64,000 nucleotides of DNA from Deltaproteobacteria bacterium (GTDB taxonomy: Bacteria > Myxococcota > Kuafuiibacteriia > Kuafuiibacteriales > Kuafuiibacteriaceae), in the NCBI GenBank assembly GCA_040218735.1, contig JAVJQW010000057.1, forward strand, positions 64,001-128,000, read 5' to 3'. The notes under the pieces are model-generated. The model was not told the DNA's origin and made no database searches. It saw only the letters and a program-made list of their open reading frames with translations. Made by a program: the position numbers and the translations under genes. Shown here one piece after another: positions 56,196 to 64,000 of the stretch. The first letter of the stretch is position 1, and each line of letters opens with the position of its first letter.

Positions 56196-58787
56196 TCACG
56201 ACGTCGCGCGACGACGGCGGACCCACAACACCAGGCCGAGCCCGAGCAGCCACACCGAAGCGCTCGGGTTGTTCCCGACGACCGCCGCGCAACCGCCCGG
56301 CTCGCCCCCCGGACGCTCGATCGGTGGCTCGACGACCCGAATGGACAGCGCGCGCTGCGCGGTGCGGCCCTCCTGATCCATCACGCGGACCAGGAGCGAC
56401 GCCTCGCCGGAGCTCATCGGCGTTCCGACGATGCGGAACGAACCGTCCGCGTTGGTGTCGCCGAGCAGCCCCTGCGGAAGTGCCCCCTCCACGACGTCCC
56501 AGACGTAGGGCGCCGCGCCGCCTTCCGCGTCGATGAGCGCCGCGTAGGCTTCACCGACGGTGCCGGCCGGGAGCGACGCGGTGACGATCTCCAGCGCGCC
56601 GTCGTCGCGGATGTCGATCGTGACGGCGTCGACGTCGCGACCCGCCACGCCCGTGGCGACCGAGTCGCGGACCCGAACGCCGAAGTAGTAACGCCCGGCG
56701 ACGCGCGGCGTGCCTTCGAGGAGGCCCGACGGGTCGAGGGTGAGGCCCGGCGGGAGCGTTCCGAACTCCGTCGTGAACACGTACGGCGCGACGCCGCCCA
56801 TCGCTTCGAACTGGTGAGCGAAGGACTCGCCGATGCGCCCGTCGGGGACGGCCTGCGTGACGAACGAGAGCTGACCCGATTCGATGACCTGCAACATGAA
56901 GACACGTTCGGCGGTCGACGTGCCGTCCGACGCCGTGACCGTGACCTCGAACGTCCCGACCTCGTACGGCGTCCCGACGACACGGCCGGTTTCGAGCATC
57001 ATGAGCGCGTCGGGCAGCCCTGTCGCGGACCAGGTGAACGTCCCGCCCTCACCGCCGGTCGCTACGAACGCGAGGTCGTACTCACGCCCGACGACGCCGA
57101 CCGGGACGCCGCGCGTGACGATCGTCAGCGGCTCCGCGGGATCCGCGACGCACAGCATGAAGGCCTGCTCGTCGGTACCGACGCCGTCCGCGGCGCGCAC
57201 CGTGAACGACTCGCATCCGACGTCGCTGGGGCGACCGAAGATCTCGCCCGTCGTTTCGACGATCCCGAGCCCGTCGGGGAGCTGCCCCGCCTCGATGGTG
57301 AATGCGAGCGGGCCCTCGGCGCCGAGGGTCTGGATCAGCGCGAGGTAGGGGACGGAGGCGAGCGGCTGCGGGAGGCGCGTCGTGACGATCGCGATTCCGT
57401 TGCCGCGGATGTCGATCGGGTTCGGCGCGGCTGCGGCGTTGTTGCTGCGGGACAGCTCGTCCTGCGTGCGCGCCGGATCCGCGACGACGCCGATCGTGTA
57501 GCGCCCACTCGCGATGCCCGAGGGGATCATCGCGTCGAACGTGACCTGCCGGACCTCGCCGGCGGCCAACGTGACCGGCTGGCGCGTCAGCTCGAGGTCG
57601 CCCGCGGTCACCGCGGGGTTCGAGGACAAAAAGACACCGACGTCGGCGGCCGCGCCCATGTCGGCGCCGACGTTCTCGAGTCGCGCCGTCACACGAATCA
57701 CGTCGCCGGCGGCCGCGGTGGTGGCGTCGACGGCGACGGCCTGCACCGCGACGTCCGGTTCCCCGCGGATGAAGCGCGAGCTGGTGACGACGACGTTGTT
57801 GTCCTCGTCGAACTCTGCGAGCGCGTCACCGGAGTCCGCGAACACGACGAGCGCCGCGGTCCCGACGCCGACGCTCGTGGGAGCGACGACCGGCACCGTG
57901 ACGATGCTCGTGGCGTACGCCGGCACGTCGACCTGCGCGACGCCCGCGGAGACGCCATTGCCGACGGTACCGTTCGGCGAGACGAACACCTCGACGTCGA
58001 TCGGCCCGGTGACGACACCGTGGCGGTTCGTGACCTCCACGTCGACGGTGCGGGCGACACCCAGCGGGATGAACGCGGGGGCGACGACGTCGGTCACCTC
58101 GATCTCGACGCCCGGGTCCTGGACGACGGTGATGCGGGTCCCGGACAGCGCGGTGAAGTCGGCGCCGGTGCAGTTCGTCGTGCAGGTGCGGAACAAGATC
58201 TCGCGTCCGCCCATGTCGTCCTCCATCGCCATCGTCGCGGACGCGGAGCTGACGCCCTGGTTCGGGCCGTAGTCGATCTCGATGCGCCCGGCCGAGCCCT
58301 CGTAGAGGCGAACCTGGAAGCTGACGAGATCGGCGGGGGAGCAGCCGCTGATGTTGAGGCGCTTCCACTCGAACACCGCGACGCGCGCCGGCGCCGTCCC
58401 GAGGATGGAGTAACCAAGCGAGCCGTTGTCGGCGGTGCAGAACTGCGAGGTATCCCAGAAGGGGGCGATCCAACCGTTCGGCGTGCTCGTAGATCCGGGG
58501 GTGGCGTTGACGTTGGAGACGGTCGATCCGGCGCCCATGATCATCGCCCCGTCGGTCCCGAAGCTCACGGAGTTGTACGTCCGGTCGTAGAAGAGGAAGT
58601 CGAACGGGAGGTTCACGTCGCCCGTGCTGGTCAGGGTGTTCGTGAACAGGACCGTCGGGCTCGTCAGCTCCGTATAGGTGATGGGCTGGGAGAAGCGGAC
58701 ATAGGGCGTGCCCGGTACGAGCTGGGCCAACGCCGTGGAGGGCAGCGCGAGCGCGCCGAGGGTCACCAGGGATGCGAATCGGTTCAT
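56196..58787 (-). CDS. Secreted surface protein with CARDB and putative Ig (He_PIG) repeats and a MYXO-CTERM tail
   Basis: Signal peptide; EFDEDNN/ELSRSNN (CARDB); LPDGL/LPPGL..GTP repeats; GGCAAV...WLLGLGLVLWVRRRR. Confidence 0.88.
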   Translation of the reverse strand: MNRFASLVTLGALALPSTALAQLVPGTPYVRFSQPITYTELTSPTVLFTNTLTSTGDVNLPFDFLFYDRTYNSVSFGTDGAMIMGAGSTVSNVNATPGSTSTPNGWIAPFWDTSQFCTADNGSLGYSILGTAPARVAVFEWKRLNISGCSPADLVSFQVRLYEGSAGRIEIDYGPNQGVSSASATMAMEDDMGGREILFRTCTTNCTGADFTALSGTRITVVQDPGVEIEVTDVVAPAFIPLGVARTVDVEVTNRHGVVTGPIDVEVFVSPNGTVGNGVSAGVAQVDVPAYATSIVTVPVVAPTSVGVGTAALVVFADSGDALAEFDEDNNVVVTSSRFIRGEPDVAVQAVAVDATTAAAGDVIRVTARLENVGADMGAAADVGVFLSSNPAVTAGDLELTRQPVTLAAGEVRQVTFDAMIPSGIASGRYTIGVVADPARTQDELSRSNNAAAAPNPIDIRGNGIAIVTTRLPQPLASVPYLALIQTLGAEGPLAFTIEAGQLPDGLGIVETTGEIFGRPSDVGCESFTVRAADGVGTDEQAFMLCVADPAEPLTIVTRGVPVGVVGREYDLAFVATGGEGGTFTWSATGLPDALMMLETGRVVGTPYEVGTFEVTVTASDGTSTAERVFMLQVIESGQLSFVTQAVPDGRIGESFAHQFEAMGGVAPYVFTTEFGTLPPGLTLDPSGLLEGTPRVAGRYYFGVRVRDSVATGVAGRDVDAVTIDIRDDGALEIVTASLPAGTVGEAYAALIDAEGGAAPYVWDVVEGALPQGLLGDTNADGSFRIVGTPMSSGEASLLVRVMDQEGRTAQRALSIRVVEPPIERPGGEPGGCAAVVGNNPSASVWLLGLGLVLWVRRRRATS

Positions 58788-58876
58788 TTCACCCCCAACG
58801 TTCCCGGCGGTCGCGAATTCCTTCACCACCTCCTGAGAACTCGCCCCGCCCGATGGGGCCTGGTATCGTCCACTGT

Positions 58877-59902
58877 ATGGGTGTGTCCGCACTCGTGCTC
58901 GTCGTGGGGCAGCTCGCCGTCGCGCAGCCGGAGCTCGTCGTTCTCCCGCCCTCGACCGAGGGGGCCAAAGCCTCGGACGGCCTCGCCGCGTGGAAGGTCA
59001 TCACCGGTCAGCTCGAGCGCGCCAAGGGGCGGCTGGGGGTGTCCACGAAGGTGCAGAAGACGCAGCACGACTTCCTCGTCGGCCCCGCGCGCGAGCAAGC
59101 GCGCGACTGCGCGATGAAGGTCGGGTGCCTGGCCGACGTCGGGAGCACCCTCGGCGCCGACATCCTGGTCGCGGGTCGGATCGAAAAGACGCAGATCGTC
59201 CTGACCGCGATCGACATCGCGGAGCGCTCGCGCGTCGGGGAGGTCCGGTCGCGCAAGAACCTGGCGAAGCGCGGGCTCAAACGCCGCGCGCGCGACGTCG
59301 CGCAGCGGCTGCGGCGCCTGCTGAAGACCGCGAAGAAGAAGGCGCCGCCCGCGGTCGCCGAGGCCCCGCCGCCGAGCGACACCCCGCCGACCGCCGGTGG
59401 TCCACCGCCCACCGACGCCGCCAGCGACGGTGCGATGGGCGCCAAGCTCGACGACCCGCCGCCGCCCCCCGCCGGCTCCGCGCTCGCGCTGGGCTCGGTG
59501 ACGATCCCCGCGGATCAACTGCGCGGCGTGAGCCAGGTGACGATCGACGGCGAGGTCGTCGCGTTCGCGGGCTCGGGCGCGATGACCTGGACGGGCGCGC
59601 CCGGCGAGCACACCCTCGTCGCGCAGCGGATCGACGGCCAGTCCGTGACGCGGTCCGTGCGCGTGAACCCGAACGACGCCACGCAGGTGACGCTCGACTT
59701 CCCGGCGGTCGCACCGGCGCCCGCCACCTCGGCGACGACGCGCGTGGAGCCGGCGACCCCCGTCACTTCGAAGTGGTGGTTCTGGACGTCGATCGGCGTG
59801 GCGGTGCTCGCCGGTACCGGCACCGCCGTCCTCCTGATCGGTGGTGACAAGGGCGGCCCGGCCCTGCCGCCGGTCAACGGGTCCATCACGGGGTCCTACT
59901 GA
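58877..59902 (+). CDS. Myxobacterial exported protein (PEGA-like domain, Pro-rich linker, C-terminal KWWFW-TM)
   Basis: C...C...G..LGADILVAG N-terminal domain; VTIDG; KWWFWTSIGVAVLAG. Confidence 0.72.
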   Translation: MGVSALVLVVGQLAVAQPELVVLPPSTEGAKASDGLAAWKVITGQLERAKGRLGVSTKVQKTQHDFLVGPAREQARDCAMKVGCLADVGSTLGADILVAGRIEKTQIVLTAIDIAERSRVGEVRSRKNLAKRGLKRRARDVAQRLRRLLKTAKKKAPPAVAEAPPPSDTPPTAGGPPPTDAASDGAMGAKLDDPPPPPAGSALALGSVTIPADQLRGVSQVTIDGEVVAFAGSGAMTWTGAPGEHTLVAQRIDGQSVTRSVRVNPNDATQVTLDFPAVAPAPATSATTRVEPATPVTSKWWFWTSIGVAVLAGTGTAVLLIGGDKGGPALPPVNGSITGSY

Positions 59903-62445
59903 TGCGCCGTTTCAGCCCACTGCTCGCCCTGCTCGCCCTCGCCTGCAGCGATCCCGGCACCGGCGGCCTCACGGCCCGGCTGGTCATCGACTACGACGGC
60001 GTCGGCCTGAAGCGCTCCGCGCTCCGCACCGCGGCGGTGCCGACGTTCATCGACCGTCTGCAGATCCTCGCGCTCGCCAACGGCTCAACCCTCGCGGAGA
60101 CCAACCTCTGGGCGAACGCGGGTGAAGGCCAACTCGAGCTGGTGCACGAAGGCGGCACCTGGCAGCTCGACAAGGTCCGCGCCGGCACGAACCGCACGAT
60201 ACGCGCCCGCGCGTTCCTCGGCCCGAACGGCAACCCGGACATCGATCGCGCGCTGGTCTTCGAAGGTTTCAAGGACGGCATCACCGTCACCGTCGGCCAG
60301 ACCTCGGACGCGGGTGAGGTGCGCCTCCTCCCCGCCGGACCTCGCATCCCGGAGGCGGACGAGACCCCGCCCGACGCCGTCGGCAACCTCTCCGCCCTCC
60401 CCGCGCCGTCGGGGCAGGCGCTGCAGGTGTCGTTCAGCGCGCCGGTGGCGGAGGACGCCGCGGGTTACTTCCTCGCGATCGGCACGTCGACCGCCGCGCG
60501 ATCCCCGCCGACGTTCGAGCGCGGCGAGGCGGTCTCCCTCGGCGACGAGATCGCCCCCGGCCTCGTCGTGACGAACACCTGGGCGATCGACGGCCCCGAG
60601 TTGGTGGTCGTGAACGGGCTCGACGACGGCGTGCAGTACAGCATCGTCGTCTACGCGTACGACGTGGATCGCGCGGGCCTGCCGCTGAACTACTCGCTGC
60701 CGGCGACGGCCGTCGGGACCCCGGCCGACTCCCTCGCGCCGTCCGCTCCGCTGAACCTCCAGGTGATGCCGGGCGGGACCGCCGCGACGATCGGGTTCCT
60801 CGCGCCGGGCGAGGACGACACCGCCGGCACGCCGGCGCGCTACGAGATTCGCACGGCGGCGGACGCGGCCACGGTGATGAACCAGTTCGACAACCTCCCG
60901 GCAATCGCCGCCCCGCCGGTTCAGGCGCCGACCAGCTCGGTGTCCTTCACGCGGACCTACGCCCAGCTGGGTTTCGACGCGAACGAAACGTTCTTCGTCG
61001 GCGTCCGCGCCGTCGACGCGGCCGGCAACGAGGGGCCGATCGCGACGGCGCAGCACAACCTGGACGTCCCGCTCCCGCCGATGATCACCGCGCTGGTGCC
61101 GACCATCGCGATCGCCGGTCTGGAGGTGCAGGTCGACGGGACGAGCTTCGGTACGCAGACCGGAACGGTGACGTTGACCGCGACGGAGACGTCCACGTTT
61201 GTGTTCACGCTGTTCGTTTCGCAGTGGTCGAACAACACGGTCTCGGTGGCGCTCCCGGCGGACGCGCGGAGCGGCATCCTCTCGCTCACGCGACCGGACG
61301 GCGAGAACACCAGCGCGTACCTCACGGTGCTGCAGCGGGTGGACGCACTGATCGACGACCACGAGTTCCCGTTCGAGATGATGGGGACCGGCACGACGAA
61401 CGACCAGTCGATCGCGGCGCTCTACCGCGAGGGCAACGACTTCTCGCCGTACGAGTCCGCGATCGAGCGGCTCTACGACGACACCAACGAGGGGATGGCG
61501 TTCGTCCCGTTCAACCAGCCGTCACGCTCGACGGCGGTCGGCGGGACGTACTCCCCGGGTTACGACCTGTTCATGTTCGTCGCGTCGAACGATCCGCTGT
61601 CCATGTCGACGTCGTTCGTCACCAGCTCGACGGTCGCGCCGAACCCGCAGCGTCAGGTCGCGGGCGTCGCGGCGGGAGACGCGGACGGCGTGTCGGTGGT
61701 GTTCCTGGACGGCGGCGTCGGCGGAAACGCGCCGGCGATGGTTGCGTTCACGCGGCTCGGCACCTTGCGCACCGCGACCGTCGCGGACGCGGTCACGCAG
61801 CCCTTCAACCAGTTCTACGCGTTCACCTCGACGAGCTCCGGGTACGAGAACGTGAAGATGGCGCGGTCCAACACCGGCGAGATCCTCATGGCGCACCGGA
61901 CCGTGACGGGCACCGTGTCGGAGCTGGAGCTGCGCTACAACACGATGGGTCAGCCGGACACGTTTGCGTTGGTGGACGGCGCGCTGAAGCCGCGCGTGGG
62001 CGAAAACTTCGAGGTCATCGCGATGCCGCAGATCCTCGGCGGCCCCGAGGTCTTCGTGATCGCGTACGAGGAGATCACCGAAACGGGCACCGACGTCCGC
62101 CTCCTGCGCTTCGCCGAGTACGGGCAACGCCTCGGTTACGCGCCGTTCGCGCCGATCAACGGCGACCGTCGGCTCGACGATCTCGGGCTCGTGGTGCGCA
62201 ACGGGCAGGTGTGGATCACCGTCGTGGCGACGCGCGTGAACGGGACCGCCGAGCTGTCGTACGTCGAGCTCCCGGCGACGGGCCTCACCACGCCCGACGA
62301 CACGCCGGGGATGTGGCCGGGTGTCGTGCTCGACAGCGCGCCCGACGACAGCCGCGCGCGGCTCGGCTGCAAGCCGTTCGTTCAGCGCGCGTGCCCGATC
62401 GCGTGGCTCGGCGACGACACCCGCGTGTTCTTCATCCGCCGCTGA
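59902..62445 (+). CDS. Large lipoprotein with FN3-like and IPT-like domains
   Basis: Lipobox ALAC; DETPPDAVGNL, APGEDD..GTPARYEIR, VRAVDAAGN, GTSFGTQTGTV; TGATG overlap with the upstream gene. Confidence 0.8.
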   Translation: MRRFSPLLALLALACSDPGTGGLTARLVIDYDGVGLKRSALRTAAVPTFIDRLQILALANGSTLAETNLWANAGEGQLELVHEGGTWQLDKVRAGTNRTIRARAFLGPNGNPDIDRALVFEGFKDGITVTVGQTSDAGEVRLLPAGPRIPEADETPPDAVGNLSALPAPSGQALQVSFSAPVAEDAAGYFLAIGTSTAARSPPTFERGEAVSLGDEIAPGLVVTNTWAIDGPELVVVNGLDDGVQYSIVVYAYDVDRAGLPLNYSLPATAVGTPADSLAPSAPLNLQVMPGGTAATIGFLAPGEDDTAGTPARYEIRTAADAATVMNQFDNLPAIAAPPVQAPTSSVSFTRTYAQLGFDANETFFVGVRAVDAAGNEGPIATAQHNLDVPLPPMITALVPTIAIAGLEVQVDGTSFGTQTGTVTLTATETSTFVFTLFVSQWSNNTVSVALPADARSGILSLTRPDGENTSAYLTVLQRVDALIDDHEFPFEMMGTGTTNDQSIAALYREGNDFSPYESAIERLYDDTNEGMAFVPFNQPSRSTAVGGTYSPGYDLFMFVASNDPLSMSTSFVTSSTVAPNPQRQVAGVAAGDADGVSVVFLDGGVGGNAPAMVAFTRLGTLRTATVADAVTQPFNQFYAFTSTSSGYENVKMARSNTGEILMAHRTVTGTVSELELRYNTMGQPDTFALVDGALKPRVGENFEVIAMPQILGGPEVFVIAYEEITETGTDVRLLRFAEYGQRLGYAPFAPINGDRRLDDLGLVVRNGQVWITVVATRVNGTAELSYVELPATGLTTPDDTPGMWPGVVLDSAPDDSRARLGCKPFVQRACPIAWLGDDTRVFFIRR

Positions 62446-63229
62446 TCCGGCAGACCGTTCCACTCGGTAGAATCAACTCGTTCGCTGCGGCGTCGTGCAA
62501 TGCGCCCCGACGTGACGCCTCACCGACGAAGCGCGCGCGGCGGGCCTTCGATTCGAAGACGATCGTGCCGCGCTTCTTTCCGCTCGTGCGCGTGAGCGTG
62601 AGCGCCTTCGGAAGCACGGAAGCCGACGCCGAATCGACGAGCAGCCTAAGGTCGCCCTGCGCGTGGGCCGCGCGGCGATCGAGATCGGCGAGGATGGCCT
62701 GCTTCATCGACACCCGCTCGAGGCGTTGGACGCGGGCCGGGTCGTAACCCTTCGCGGCGAGCTTCGTGAGCGCCTCCTTCACACGCGGGGTCTCGGTCGA
62801 CGAACGCTGGAGCGTCCCGGGATCGAAGCTGTAACCGACGACGTCGATCGCCACGACGCCCTCCTCCCGACGGAGCGCTTCGAACACCCAAGGTCGCCGC
62901 ACCTTCGTGAGCCGGGCGACGAAGCGCGCGACCTCGTCCTCGCCGCCGGGGAACGTCGCGGTGACGGGCTCGGTCTTCACGACCCCGTTGTGCTCGGGCG
63001 CCTTCGTCCGTGAGAGCTGCGCGAGCTCGAACGGCGCGAGCGCCGCCGCGACCGTGGACGAAAACGCGACGTCGGGCCCCGGGAGGCGCGCCTCGATGTC
63101 GTCGGCGACCTTCTCGAGCTGCGGCAAGCGCTCGAGGACGACGAGGCGTCGGTGCTCGGTGTCGTCGGGCGCGTCGGCCTTGCAGCCGCCGAGCATCACC
63201 AGCGCGAGGATGATCAGGGGAAGGGGCAT
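62432..63229 (-). CDS. Hypothetical lipoprotein
   Basis: MPLPLIILALVMLGGC lipobox. Confidence 0.65.
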   Translation of the reverse strand: MPLPLIILALVMLGGCKADAPDDTEHRRLVVLERLPQLEKVADDIEARLPGPDVAFSSTVAAALAPFELAQLSRTKAPEHNGVVKTEPVTATFPGGEDEVARFVARLTKVRRPWVFEALRREEGVVAIDVVGYSFDPGTLQRSSTETPRVKEALTKLAAKGYDPARVQRLERVSMKQAILADLDRRAAHAQGDLRLLVDSASASVLPKALTLTRTSGKKRGTIVFESKARRARFVGEASRRGALHDAAANELILPSGTVCRISGG

Positions 63230-63648
63230 CGAACCCGCACCCCCTCGGTCGGGCTCGCGTTGCAGGACACGTCTGCGATCTGCGCACCGCACGGGGACTC
63301 GAGGATGACACACGGGCAACTCGTGCAGTTGGCGGGCAGGTCCACGCACGCGCGCGCGAGCGGCGCGGTGCACCCCTCGACGGCTTGGTCGCGGCACGCC
63401 TCCTCCTGCGCGCCGCACGTGCCGCCGTCGCGGGCTTCACACGGCGCGGACGGTGTCTCGCGGCAGTATTCGAGCGGGTGGATGCATGTCGCGTCACCGC
63501 ACGTCACGGCGACGACGCCGCCGTCGCGCCCTCCGTCCCGAACCGCGGCTTCGCCAGCATCACGCGGGGTGGTGTCCTCGTCATCGTCGCCGCCGCCGGA
63601 GCAGGCGACGGAGGACAGGGCGAGCGCGAGAGCGAGGAGCCACTTCAA
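63214..63648 (-). CDS. Cys-rich lipoprotein with RDAG/RDGG linker
   Basis: TTG start; lipobox SVAC; many Cys in the C-terminal domain. Confidence 0.72.
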   Translation of the reverse strand: MKWLLALALALSSVACSGGGDDDEDTTPRDAGEAAVRDGGRDGGVVAVTCGDATCIHPLEYCRETPSAPCEARDGGTCGAQEEACRDQAVEGCTAPLARACVDLPANCTSCPCVILESPCGAQIADVSCNASPTEGVRVRCPFP

Positions 63649-63695
63649 AGCGGGCGCATTTTGCCATGGCTCGTCAGGTTTGGCATGACGGGGTC

Positions 63696-64000
63696 GTGCC
63701 GCTGCTCGAGTCCTCTCACCTCGAAGAGATCCGCGCCGCGCTCGCGGACCGCATCCGCGACGGGCTGAAGGCGGACGGGCGCGAGATCAAGGCGCTCGAT
63801 GCGCAGCTCGCTCCCCCCCGAGTGCGGGACGGGCGCGCGCTCGTCGTCGACATCGGCGGCACGAACATGCGCGCGGCGGTCGTGTCGATCGTCGCCGGTC
63901 GCCCCACGGTCGAACGCGGCCCGTACAACCAACGGCTCGATCTCCGCGAAGGCGGGACGACGCCAGCCCAGTTCTTCGCGGAACAGGCGAAGCTCGCGAA
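63696..64000 (+). CDS. Hexokinase-family sugar kinase, 3' truncated by the window edge
   Basis: Not in the ORF track; manual translation ...IRDGLKADGREIKALDAQL...RALVVDIGGTNMRAAVV; alternative start at ATG 63666. Confidence 0.75.
   Translation, partial: MPLLESSHLEEIRAALADRIRDGLKADGREIKALDAQLAPPRVRDGRALVVDIGGTNMRAAVVSIVAGRPTVERGPYNQRLDLREGGTTPAQFFAEQAKLA

Overview
A 64 kb, very GC-rich, gene-dense chromosomal segment, most likely from a Myxococcota-type (myxobacteria-like) bacterium. Indicators are an AglZ-like pseudo-receiver/coiled-coil protein, a MYXO-CTERM protein, an IF-3 with an apparent AUC start like M. xanthus dsg, and many DGG/DAG-linker lipoproteins. About 50 CDSs are supported; I saw no rRNA, tRNA, CRISPR array or transposase. 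Housekeeping genes include murB, bamD, infC, PBP1A, fadI and fadJ. The best candidate for an undescribed system is 38999-44697. It holds an FHA-GAF class III cyclase with non-adenylyl specificity residues (guanylyl-like), translationally coupled to an Apyc1-like MBL phosphodiesterase and followed by two stand-alone cNMP-binding proteins. These converge on an ABC exporter with a C-terminal cNMP-binding domain. Also notable are a dikinase with alpha-glucan water dikinase-like architecture, several large orphan proteins with cryptic catalytic motifs (transglutaminase triad, amidoligase-like, degenerate HD, nuclease-toxin-like), a probable ceramide reductase/synthase pair and a hexokinase-family gene at the right edge. 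All family assignments come from motifs read by eye and recalled family consensus; no searches were run.
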